Shown one piece after another: positions 13,122-24,560 of a stretch of 64,000 nt of DNA; position 1 is the stretch's first letter; every line of letters begins with the position of its first letter. Source of the DNA: Octopus sinensis (lineage: Eukaryota); assembly GCF_006345805.1 (NCBI RefSeq), contig NC_042999.1, positions 78,740,001 through 78,804,000 on the forward strand. The letters are read 5' to 3'. A model generated the notes under the pieces. The model had not been told where the DNA came from and ran no database searches. It worked only from the letters and a program-made list of their open reading frames with translations. Made by a program: the position numbers and the translations under genes.

Positions 13122-13454
13122 GTCCATCTGTCTGACTGTATGTATGTCTATGTATGCACGTAAGCATGTATGCGTGCGTGTATGTATGTGTGCATGTATG
13201 CATGTGTGTATGTGTGTGGGTGTGGGTGTGCGCGCGCGTGTTTAGTCGTCCATTTTGCTCATTTTTAAAGCAGGTGGAGCGCCTGACCAATGGAACGCAT
13301 CCGTTCCATAAAACTTCAAGAGCAGATGCTCCGATTCATGTAAACGTAAACTGGTACAAGGCACAGCGATGAGGTGATAAGAGATGACGGTCGAGATGTA
13401 GCCATTTACAATGGTTTTTGCTTTCGGCAAAAGGCTAGCCTAAAGTGTAATAGT

Positions 13455-14580
13455 ATTTCTTTCAAATTTTGGTGGAAGGCCAAGAATTTTAAGTGGATGG
13501 TAAATGTCGATTACATCAACCCTATTAATTGACTGATTGATTCTTTTGTCGGCGCTTGTAAGTAAAAGCCAAAATTTGCCTTGGCAGGAATTGAACTCAG
13601 AAGTACAGACACCGGAAGATATACAGCAAGACATTTTCCGATTCTCTAAAGATTCAGCACGCTCGCCAGTCGATTAGATCGACACCAGTACGCAACTGGT
13701 ACTTAATTTATCGACTCCAGCAAGGATGAAAGACAAAGTCGACCTCGGTGGAATTTGAACTCAAACCGTAATACATATTTCTTTATTACCTACAAGGGGC
13801 TAAACATAGAAGGGACAGACAAGGACAGACATAGGTATTAAGTCGATTACATCGACCCCAGTTCGTAACTGGTACTTAATTTATCGACCCCGAAAGGATG
13901 AAAGGCAAAGTCAACATCGGCGGAATTTGAACTCAGAGCGTAACGACAGACGAAATACCGCTAAGCATTTCGCTCAGCGTACTAACGTTTCTTATTTCTT
14001 TATTGCCCACAAAGGGCTAAACGTAGAGTGGACAAACAAGGACACAAAGGGTTTACATCTACCCCAGTGCGTTACTGGTATTTAACTTATCGACCCCAAA
14101 AGGATGAAAGGCAAAGGCGACCTCGGCGGAATTTGAACTGAGAACGTAACGGCAGATGAAATTACGCTAAGCATGTCACCCGGCGTGCTAACGTTTCTGC
14201 CAGCTCGCCGCCTTAGTAGTAGTAGTAATAATAATAATATTTTCTGCTGTAGGTACATAGCCTGAAACTTAAGGCAGGTACTATTTGATTGCATCTACGT
14301 CCAATGTTTAGCTGGTGATTATTTTACCGACCTAGGAAAGGTGTGAAAGGCAAACTTGACCTCGGTGGAATTTGAACTCAAAACGTAAAGGCTAGCGAAA
14401 CGCCGCTAAGCATTTTCTCCTGCGTACTAACCGGGTTTCTAATTTAGGTACAAGGCCAGCAATATTGAGGAGAGTGAGTTATTCGATACTGTCAACCTCA
14501 GTATTTGACTGGTATATTATTCAATCGACCCCAAAGATATAAGATCAGAGTCAAACCAGAGCAGGATACGAACTGAGAAA
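13455..14580 (-). mobile_element. Head-to-tail array of about six SINE family A copies
   Basis: Core motif recurs at about 13455-13668, 13669-13770, 13775-13990, 13991-14213, 14240-14432 and 14435-14580, all on the minus strand, with different divergence. Confidence 0.85.
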
Positions 14581-14599
14581 TTTCTTGCTATTACTATTT

Positions 14600-14823
14600 T
14601 ACTCTTTTACTTGTTTCAGTCATTTGACTGTGGCCATGCTGGAGCACCGCCTTTAGTCGAGCAAATCGACCCCAGGACATATTCTTTGTAAACCTAGTAC
14701 TTATTCTATCAGTTTCTTTTGCCGAACCGCTAAGTTACGGGAACGTAAACACACCCGCATCGGTTGTCAAGCGATGTTGGTGGGGGGACAAACACAGACA
14801 CACAAACATACACTCACGTATAC

Positions 14824-14877
<54 letters not shown>

Positions 14878-14934
14878 TTAGAGACAAAACCACTATTTTG
14901 CAAATCAAACAAAGAAAGACTTAATCCAATACAT

Positions 14935-14974
<40 letters not shown>

Positions 14975-15138
14975 TTCGACGGAATTCTTTCAGTTTCCGT
15001 CTACCAAATCCACTCACAAGGCTTTGGTCGGCCCGAGGCTATAATAGAAGACACTTGCCCAAGGTACCACGCAGTGAGACTGAACCTGGGACCATGTGGT
15101 TGGTAAGCAAGCTACTTACCTCAGCCATTCCTACGCCT
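14600..15138 (-). mobile_element. tRNA-derived SINE family B with internal CA/TA microsatellite
   Basis: Reverse complement reads a head with A/B-box-like motifs, CCTTGGGCAAGTGTCTTC (CORE-like), GAGTGGATTTGGTAGACGGAAACTGAAAG, a microsatellite, then ...GCTCCAGCATGGCCACAGTC..TGAAACAAGTAAAAGAGTAA. Homologous to 22470-22915 and 54590-55390. Confidence 0.85.
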
Positions 15139-15789
15139 TTATTCTTTATATTTTTTTTATATTTACCAGTATTACTTTCATTGCAGTTCTCCAGGATAGT
15201 ATTGAGGGTGACAAATATAATAGAACTAGTGACGGATGTGGTGATGGTGGGGATAGACATCTGGTATTTGAGTGGCGTCTGTTGTGATTGCCGATTATTT
15301 TCTGTACTTCCTATGAAAAACTTGACAACAATAACTAACGAAATGACGATTTGTTATGATATCTATCATGTTAGAAAATGAAATGAAATCTTCCCCTCAG
15401 GTGTTCTACCTAAACCTATTTTTACTCTTTTTGTTTAATAATTATATATATTCGTAAACGATAGCCTCGTTGAACATATATAACACATAACCATACTTAC
15501 ATGATTATGTAGAATTGCCAGGTGAGGAGTAATTGTTCAGATTTGTCATTCATTGCTTTGTATGGAATCTTCATCATTTTGTTTTTAAATACAAATAACC
15601 AATTCTGTGTTCTTATAACTATCATATTGCAGTTTTCTTTCCCACGTCGTTTGTACAATCACTCTCTCCCCCTCTTCCTTTCACACACACACGCACACAT
15701 ATATAAATAAAAACCTACTCGCACATACAGATACACTTTCGCTCTCTCTCTTAATCCCTCTTTTTTTTCTATCTGATTTATTTACTGGC

Positions 15790-15995
15790 TTCAAATTTTG
15801 ACACAAGGCCAGGAAGTTCAGGAGGAGGCGGCTAGTCGATTACATCGACCCCAGTAATGGGACTTATTTCATCACTTCCAAAAGGATAAAAGGCAAAGTC
15901 GACCTCGGCAGAATTTAAACTCAGAACATGAAGACAGACGAAATACCGCTAAGCATTTAGTCCGGCGTGCTAACAACTGTGCCACTTCGCTGCCT
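15790..15995 (-). mobile_element. SINE family A copy
   Basis: Core and head motifs present in reverse complement. Confidence 0.85.
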
Positions 15996-16136
15996 TATCT
16001 CTCCGTTATTTACTAAAAAAAAACAAAACTTTTTATTCCAGCGCACGTTTTCAGTCTTAAAACGAACAAGACGAGACAATGAAAATATAATTTCTCATGC
16101 TAGTGCAAGATTACTTACCTCCTCTTGTTCTAGGTG

Positions 16137-16372
16137 AAGGCTGCGAGCTGGCAGAAACGTTAGCACGCCGGGCGAAATGCTTAGCAGTATTTCGTCTGCC
16201 GCTACGTTCTGAGTTCAAATTCCGCCGAGGTGGACTTTGCCTTTCATCCTATCGGGGTCGACAAATTAAGTACCAGATGCGCACTGGGGTCGATATAATC
16301 GACTTAATCCGTTTGTCTGTCCTTGTTTGTCCTCTCTGTGTTTAGCCCCTTGTGGGTAGTAAAAAAGTAGGT
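16137..16372 (+). mobile_element. Near full-length SINE family A copy (tail type 1)
   Basis: GCGAGCTGGCAGAAACGTTAGC (A-box-like) ... GAGTTCAAATTCC (B-box-like) ... TTAATCCGTTTGTCTGTCCTTG...GTAGTAAAAAAGTAGG. Confidence 0.9.
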
Positions 16373-16479
16373 AATAACTAGGTGAGCAAGTTCACAAAAT
16401 AACTGAAGGAAGAAAAATGATAACTAGATTAACAGCTATAATAATTGGGCGACAGGACCGCTAGCAATAATTCTTTCAT

Positions 16480-16958
16480 CTGTAGGCACGAGGTCGGAAA
16501 TTTGGGAGAGGGTGGGGTGTATCTATTTCATCGACCCTAGTGCTCAGCTGTTGCGTATTTTATCGATCCTAAAACTGTGAAAGGTAAAGTCGACTCAGAG
16601 CATAAAAAAACAAAAGAAAAGAAAACCCAGAAATGCCACTACGCATTTTCTTCGGACGCATAAATGGTTCTACTAACTCACTACTGTGTGTTGATTCGAA
16701 CTTAGGCAGAAGGCCTGCAATTTTGAGAGCATTCTGATACAAATCGTCCACAGAACTTGACTGGTTCTTCATCTTATCTGCCCTGGAGGAATGAAAGGTA
16801 AAGTTACCCGTTTCAAGAATTAAACGCCATAAAAAAAGTTAGGCATATCAAACGGCGTTTTTCTGAATGACTATCACCTCGCTGCCGTTATAATGTTTTG
16901 TAGTAATAGTAGTAGTAGTATTAGTATTAGTAGTAGTAGTAGTAGTAACAGCAATAGT

Positions 16959-17024
<66 letters not shown>

Positions 17025-17230
17025 TCTTTGTACTATAGGCACAAGGGCTGACATTTTGGAGGAGGGGATTACATTGTTCCCAGTATTTCACTAGTACTTA
17101 ATTTATCGATCCCAAAAAGATGAAATGGAAAGTCGACCTCGACGAAGTTTGAAATCAGAACGTAAAGACGGACGAAATACCGCCAAGCGTTTCGCCCTGC
17201 GTCCTAACGGTTTTACTAGCTCGTCGCCAT
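16480..17230 (-). mobile_element. Decayed SINE family A copies separated by (AAT)n
   Basis: Partial cores at about 16480-16680 and 16700-16860, and a clearer copy at about 17035-17230. Confidence 0.7.
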
Positions 17231-17249
17231 GATGATGATGATGATGATT

Positions 17250-17289
<40 letters not shown>

Positions 17290-17619
17290 ACAAAAAGATT
17301 GAGAATAGTGCAGGACAATAAATTGCGATACAATGTGAGCAGTAAAGTATTAAAAAAGAAACTCAAAGAAAAAATATAACCAGAATTAATATTTCAAAAG
17401 AGGGAAAACTTTTGAGGGCTACCCCCAGAAATCCCCATAAAACCACGGTCACTCTGATCACTATATGCTTTTTTTCTGTTGTTCTTCAACCCCTCTCAAT
17501 CTCTTTCAACGAATTTGATGGGAGGCAGCGCCTTCCGCCCCTCCTTCACATTCTTTCCAAGTGAAACCTTAAAATGTTGTTTAGGGTTTGTCCATAGAGG
17601 AAGGTTTTCACTTCTGTTT

Positions 17620-18250
17620 AATGAATTCAGTATTAGTGACTGCTTCAATACGGGATCGAAAGCGTTGTTATGCTTGAATCATATGATGCTTATCAGTTTT
17701 GAACACAGTGCTGGTTATGGTGGACTTGAGAGATTGTATGATGTTATAGGGGTGTTTATTGACCTCTCTCTCGAATACGCCCCGTACATAATAGTCCAGT
17801 GGATTGAAGTCTGGTGAGGTAGGAGACCACGTGTCAAGAAGAACATGACCATAGAGGTTGACATTCATTTACACTTCATTTGTCCTAGCCATATGAGACA
17901 GTGCAGAGTCTTGTTCCGTACTCTCTCTGTCTAAAACTCACATCTTTCTCCAATATCTATCTGTAGACAGTGGTATTGACCCTTAAGCCTTTTGAAAAAA
18001 AAATGAGGAGGCATGATATCTCCCTCGTTGCTGACGACCCCCAGAACCGTAACAATTGATAGGAAGTTAGTATGCATGACCATTGGACTACATTCGTGTC
18101 TCTGCACGACCATCTGTCGTTCCTTCGGTTTACCTTTTGGTCCTACTCTAAGCTTTTTTCGTCGGAGAAAAACCAAAGTGTATATTGTAGGAATACTAAT
18201 AAATAAGCATTCCTATTTTATCATCCAGTCACAAGATCAATTAACTTAAT
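17620..18250 (-). mobile_element. Tc1/mariner DD37D (maT-type) transposase remnant
   Basis: LWFFSDEK..DQKVNRRNDRW, VMHTNF...VLGVVSNEGDIMPPHFF, EQDSALSH ... WSPTSPDFNPLDYY, QRFRSRIEAV. I count 37 codons between the second D (QDS) and the third D (PLD). Confidence 0.88.
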
Positions 18251-18412
18251 CTCTATTGTTTAATGATATCCGGTATTCTGCATCTCCGATCCCTGTAACA
18301 TTAACTACACATGTCAAGCGGTGAAGAAATATAATAAATAAAGATGAATAATGGTAGCTCAATGCATGCTACAATTCTTTCAATAGCATTGCAATTCATT
18401 CGCAATTTATGT

Positions 18413-18648
18413 TTTTATTTATTTATTGCCTGCAAGGAGCTAAACATAGACGGGACAAACAAGGACAGACAAAGAGATTAAGTCGATTACCTCGATCCCA
18501 GTGCGTAACTGGTACTTATTTAATCGACCCCGAAGGATGAAAGGCAACGTTGACCTCGGCGTAATTTGAAATCAGAACGTAGCGGCAGACGAAATACAGC
18601 TAAGCATTTCACCCGGCGTGCTAACGATTCTGCCAGCTCGCCGCTTTG
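18413..18648 (-). mobile_element. Full-length SINE family A copy with 13-bp target-site duplication
   Basis: TCGCAATTTATGT occurs at both 18400-18412 and 18649-18661. Confidence 0.92.
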
Positions 18649-18707
18649 TCGCAATTTATGTATTACATATATGTACTTCATAATGTATTACATATGATTC
18701 CTTCATG

Positions 18708-18753
<46 letters not shown>

Positions 18754-21264
18754 ATATATGTGTGTGTGGTGTGTGTGTGTGTGTGTGTGTACATACACAC
18801 ATATATATCTGCATATACCTTCCCACACGTATTTATGTGGATGTGCATAAAATTAAAATGTTTGATATGAGTTAAATACATGAAGTGATGCATACATGCA
18901 TAGATATATACATGCAAACACGCATACATACACACTTGCACGCGTACACCCACCCACACACAGACACACCCACTCACACACATGTACTTTAATATACATG
19001 AGATACAAATAGAGCAAGGAACCCATACAAAGAACATTGCACTAATTTACACACCAGTCACTTCTCCCTATAATCGACTGAAACTTTAAGGGTCCTGATA
19101 CCCACTAGGGTCTCTTCATTGTCTGTTTACCCACAAGCGTCGTATTCATAAACATTTTAATCTGTAAGTGTTCCTAGTCATGGGTTCCCAACAGCAGTTG
19201 TCTTATTGTTCTATATATCATAGGGTTTTCCATCGGATCACTGTGAAGTCGAGTAATCTGCTGATAGAATTCTACAACTATACGGAATTTTCATATTCGA
19301 CTAGAGACCATTATGCAATGAGGAACTCTTGTTAAGAGCAAAGCAAATTGCACATTTGTAATAGCGTTCGAGCTAAAAACTACAATCTTACTGTATATAA
19401 TATGTGTATATATATATATATAAATATATATGCGTGTGTGCGTGTGTGTCTGTGTATGTGTGAATGTGTGTGTGCGTGTCTGTGCATGTGTGTGTATGTG
19501 TATGTGTATGTATATATATACATATGTGTATATACAACAAATATATACTTTAAATTATGTACACATACATAAACATACATATTCATATCTCACTCTCGTT
19601 ACACACTTACACACATGCACGCACATATATGCGCATACGTACATATGCACACACACATACATACACACAGCTATATATATATATATATGTATGCATAAGA
19701 TCATAGATATTTTATGCAGCATAAAAACTGTATGTGTGTTTATGCGTACGTGTGTGGAAGAGAGCATTTGTTGTTTGAGATTTAATGGATAAAATATAAA
19801 GACAGAGATATACAGAAATAGATGGATAGTTAGTTAGTGTGTGTATGTGTGTGTGTGAGAGAGAGAGAGAGGGGGGAGAGTGAACGAGATCGTCTTGGGA
19901 AATATCTTGCATCTGTGTCCATCCAGTTTTAAGAATCAAAATACCAAAACAAAATGTCTTTAATAGACACACTAGTCCGGAAGGCAGGTAGAGCAGAAGA
20001 TGGCGAAAGTATTTTATTGAATTGTATTGTGAAGGATGGAGGAAGAGGAGAAAGAGTGGAGAAAGAATAGGATTAAGACTGTGATAAAGAGAGAAACACA
20101 GAGGAAACTAAGAAGAAGAAGGAGGAGAAGAAAAGAAGAAGATTATTCAGAAGGATATATAATAGAATGAAAGAGGAAGAATTACGAAAACAGTAGAAGA
20201 GGTGAAAGACGTGAGAAGCGAATATCGGAATGAAGCGAATATCGGAATGAAGCGAATAAGTTGTGAAGAATATAGAAAGGAGAGGGAGAGACAAAGAAAG
20301 AGAGATGTAGAGAGAAAAGAGAGAGAGAGGCAGAGTGAGAGAGAGAGAGAGACGGGGAGAAAGAGCATAAGAAGAAGAAATAAAAGTAGATTGAAGTGAA
20401 TGGTTTATAGATATTATAAAATTCAGAGGAACTGCCAAAATTGCTACTGGTTATGGAAAACCAATAAAAGAGTGTTATGATTGTATCACTGAGAAAGTTT
20501 CGGAAATAGAGATAAACATACACTCGCATTAATACACACATAGTCAATACACACACACAGAGATACGTACACACACACACACACACACACAACACACACA
20601 CACACACACACATACACACACACACACACACATACACACACACATATATATACATAAAATGTAGCACATACACACGTATATATACGTATGTGTGTGTCTT
20701 TCTATGTATGTGTGTATATGTATATAAAGTATATAATATATATATAAATATTTATACGCATATACACACACGCAACACACACACACACACATATATATAC
20801 ACACACTCACAGATGCATCTTCATGTATAAATGAATAGCAAGATAATCTGATGCAAGTAGGCACATAAATACACTCACTCCCATGCACGGGCATATACTT
20901 ACATACATGTATACAAGCATACACACATATATACACACGTGTGTTTGTGTGTGTTAAAACAATGTAAAACATATCTTTATAAACACCAATATGAGACACA
21001 TACCGATTGCAAAGATGGGTACGGATAGAATTATATAGCTATAGATAGCAGAAGATATAGATATTTATGACTATAGAGATATAGTGATACATAGACACAT
21101 GAGAATTTATGTATATTTTTCTTTCAGATTTAAGCTCTTTGCAGACTTCAACTCGGCCAAACTGTCAAGTTTCTATGGTTTGAGTGAAGACGGTTCGAAG
21201 GATTTTTAAATGAGTAGATAGAAGGACCACACACCCTTCAGTCTTTTATAGACCATGGAACTGA

Positions 21265-21556
21265 ACCTACAAAGCTACCCTCCGAGGCACAAGTACAGGC
21301 AAGGTTCTTCATGGAAGACCAGCAGTCATTCAAACATGCCAGCTTCCCTTCTCCACGCCACTGATGTTATCCAAGGGAAATACCAATACAGTTTGGCATC
21401 AGTGACGTTACAAATCATTTCTACAGCTGACTGAACAGGAGCTACGTGAAAAAAGTGTCTTGCTCAAGAATACAACACACAGCTCGGCCCGAGAATCGAA
21501 CTAATATCTCATGATTGTGAGCTCGATGCTCTAACCACTGAGCTATGCGCCTTCAC
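21265..21556 (-). mobile_element. tRNA-derived SINE family C (head GTGAAGGCGC)
   Basis: Reverse complement reads GTGAAGGCGCATAGCTCAGTGGTTAGAGC...GTTCGATTCTCGG...TTGAGCAAGACACT, followed by a distinct body. Confidence 0.85.
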
Positions 21557-21586
21557 GATGAGTAAATGAGTAAATAAATGTGTAAG

Positions 21587-21900
21587 TTCTGTTGTGCCTG
21601 GGGAGAGTCATCTTCTTTTTGTGCCTTATAATTTAACACACTTCACCAGCAAAATTTCCACTTTATTAGTTATTTTTATTTTCCTAAAATTTTCGTTGCG
21701 TCTTCCAACCTTTTCAATAGTCTTGACTATTGAAAAAGTTGCAAGACTATTGAAAAGGTCAAGACTATTATTGAAAAGGTTGCAAGACACAACGAAAATT
21801 TTAGGAAAATAAAAATAAGAACAAAGTGGAAATTTTTACCGGTGAATGTGTTAAATTATAAGGCACAAAAAGAAAATGACTCTCCCCAGACACAACAGAA
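21587..21900. mobile_element. Palindromic MITE/fold-back element, ~130-bp arms
   Basis: TTCTGTTGTGCCTGGGGAGAGTCAT... pairs with ...ATGACTCTCCCCAGACACAACAGAA. The centre holds three tandem GACTATTGAAAA-type units. Confidence 0.85.
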
Positions 21901-22115
21901 TATGCTTCAACATACGAACTCACATAAAGAATCTTGCGAGCCAAATCCAAAAACGAAATGTGTAAGTATTCGTAAGTGTATGAGTGAACATACACTCATG
22001 TAAGAGTTGTGTGTTCCCTCTTTAGAATACAAGTGTGTGTGTGTGTGTGTGTGTGTTGTTACTCTTTATGTATGCAAGTGTACATGTGATTGCGTTCATA
22101 TTTGCATTTCATTAA

Positions 22116-22445
22116 GTGAAAACGCGTGGCTAAGTGGTAAGGATATTCGGCTCACGGTCGTAAGGTCTTGATTTCGATTCCCGGTGGGGTGTTGTGTCCT
22201 TGAGCAGTACATTTTATTTCACGTTGCTCCAGTCCACTCATCAGGGGAGAAAATGAATTGTACGTGTAATTTAAAGGGCCAGCCTTGCCGCATTCTATGT
22301 CACTCTGACTCTCCCTGACAACTGCGTTAAATGGATATCGGTCTGTGGAGTGCGCAGCCTCTTACACGTTAATTTTACGATTAGGTTGTTCCGTTGATCA
22401 TATCAGCTGGAAAAATCGTCGTCTTAGCCGACGGAGAGCCAGACT
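22116..22445 (+). mobile_element. tRNA-derived SINE with family C-type head and a different body
   Basis: GTGAAAACGCGTGGCTAAGTGGTAAGG...TTTCGATTCCCGG...TTTATTTCACGTTGCTCCAGTCCACTCA; the body is shared with 48655-48870. Confidence 0.8.
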
Positions 22446-22469
22446 ATTTCAGGAAACTCAAAATGGAGA

Positions 22470-22915
22470 AAGTTGAGTATGTGGTTAGAAGCTTGCTTCC
22501 CATCCAGATGGTTCCGGGTTCAATCCTACTAGTTGGAAACTTGTGTGAGTGTTTTCGTCTCTGGTTCCGGAGCGACCAAGGCATTGTGAGTAGATTTGGT
22601 AGACGGAAACTGAAAGCTCATTGTGTGTGTGTGTGTGTGCGTGTATGTATGCATGTATGCGTGTATGTTTGAATGTGTGTATGTGTGTATGTGTGTATGT
22701 GTTTCTGTTCGGCTCTCTCCACCGCTTGAAAATTACTGTTGGTTTGTTTACGTCCCTGTTATTTAGCAGTTCAGCAAAAACGAGTTTTGATTTTTAAAAA
22801 AATGCCAGGCTTAAAAAAATAAGCAGTGGGATCGATTTCTTCAATCAAACCCTTCAAGACGGTGCCCCAGCATGGTCGCAGTCCAATGAGTGAAACAAGT
22901 AAAAGGTAAAAGATA
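22470..22915 (+). mobile_element. SINE family B copy
   Basis: GGTTCAATCC B-box, GATTTGGTAGACGGAAACTGAAAG, (TG)n, GTGCCCCAGCATGG..GCAGTC..TGAAACAAGTAAAAG. Confidence 0.85.
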
Positions 22916-23381
22916 ATGACAAATCTTTACTATATCAATAATCTTTTGAATTTGCAAGTTAAGAGTCACTTTGCTTTACATTTTTCTTGAAAAACTCAAG
23001 ATCCATCCAGGCTTTATGTTAATTTGCTGCGATATAACCCTGTGCATTTATAATAATAGATTCGAAGAGAATCTTGGCAAGATACAAAAACTGTAGGCTC
23101 ATCGTATTCGTTCTATTTTCTCACACCTTAGACAAGAATTCCACCTCTGCTGAGCAGCTGACCTCTGTGACAGTGCATGCTTTTGTTCCATGTTCCAAAT
23201 ATCAATGCTAGTTTTATCGTTTTCGCACCGAATAGCGATATTTAATGCTTGTCTTCCGGTGTTCCTTATTTTTAATAGCATGGATATATAATCCGTAAAA
23301 GCATGTGTTTATGTATGTATAGTTAATAAGTTAGGTCAATAAAAGGGCTGAAATATTCATCTACGTAAATATAATCCTGTA

Positions 23382-23458
<77 letters not shown>

Positions 23459-23528
23459 GTCTGTCTGTCTGTCTGTGCATTTAGGATTCGCACCGTTGAT
23501 CACCCACATATATTTATTTATGTATAAA

Positions 23529-23750
23529 CTTTTTAGAAAATGTATCTTGATACGGTCATAATAGTTTATATTTTGTGACAGAATTAAGACATTCAAGATT
23601 CTTGAAATTCATAAATAGCATTCATAAAGCGACCCCATAGACTTTGATAGCTTTTGAATGCTATTTATGAATTTCAAGAATCTTGAATGTCTTAATTCTG
23701 TCACAAAATATAAACTATTATGACCGTATCAAGATACATTTTCTAAAAAG
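23529..23750. repeat. Perfect inverted repeat, 96-bp arms, 30-nt spacer
   Basis: 23529-23624 is the exact reverse complement of 23655-23750, checked base by base. Confidence 0.97.
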
Positions 23751-24560
23751 ATTTTCTTGAATTAGAAATTAAATCCACTGAAAAAACACCTTCAAAAAAC
23801 AATTACACAAATCTTGACAGAAGCTTTTGTGTTTAGTGTTTTCCGCTGCTTTCAGCTTTGAAACATGCGTTATAAAGTAATATGTATTGAAGGAGTTGTT
23901 TTTAGTTGTGTTACCTGTTTCCGGCTTGTTTATCAGATTTAGAATTCTTATAAAATATTCTTCTTTTGCCTTTCCTCGTTGATAACTTTTTCATTATTTT
24001 TAAATAGAGACTATTTAAAATTTTTCCTTTCCACAAATATCTACATGTTCACTACACAGAACATTTCTAAGAAATGAATATTTGATTTGATGCTTATCCG
24101 ATGTATTAATTGTGATCCTCTTTGGTCGATATAGTTCTCATTACATTGTGGGCATGTTCAGCTGTTAATAATTTGTGATTATCCACTCATGTTTTTGAGA
24201 CTTTATGATTGGCGTAGCAGTGGAAGGTATCGTTTGTCTGAATGTAAGACGTTATGGTTTTTAGGATCATGAGTGATTACAAATAAAATATTTGTCTTTG
24301 TTTTTGCCATCACCTTCATTGTGAATGTTTCTTTGAGGGCCTGCGGTTGGGACTAACCTTTGCCTTGGTTATAACTTGATTTACTAAGTGTTCCGGGTAT
24401 TTGTGTTTGTGAAGGAATATTTTTAGTCTACTCGATTTCCTTACTATCAAAGTCGATGGTGTCGCTTTATGAATGCTATCTATGAATTTAAAGAATCTTG
24501 AAGGTCTTAACTCTGTCACAAAATATATAGCAGTCATCCATGGATCTTTTCTAGTTTCCA
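23655..24560 (-). mobile_element. Decayed Penelope-like element (RT thumb/linker, GIY-YIG region, pseudo-LTR)
   Basis: RLKIFLHKHKYPEHLVNQVITKAK, CPQCNENYIDQ (GIY-YIG-like) and CSEHVDICGKEKF. 24444-24530 is a diverged repeat of the terminal sequence near 23570-23720. Confidence 0.75.

Noticed and set aside
13455-14580. Repeat-spacer-like periodicity suggesting a CRISPR array
   Set aside because: The units are ~200-bp diverged SINE copies with no identical short repeats or unique spacers, and there are no cas genes.
19100-19300. Possible RTE-like C-terminal remnant on the minus strand
   Set aside because: The similarity is too weak to call by eye.
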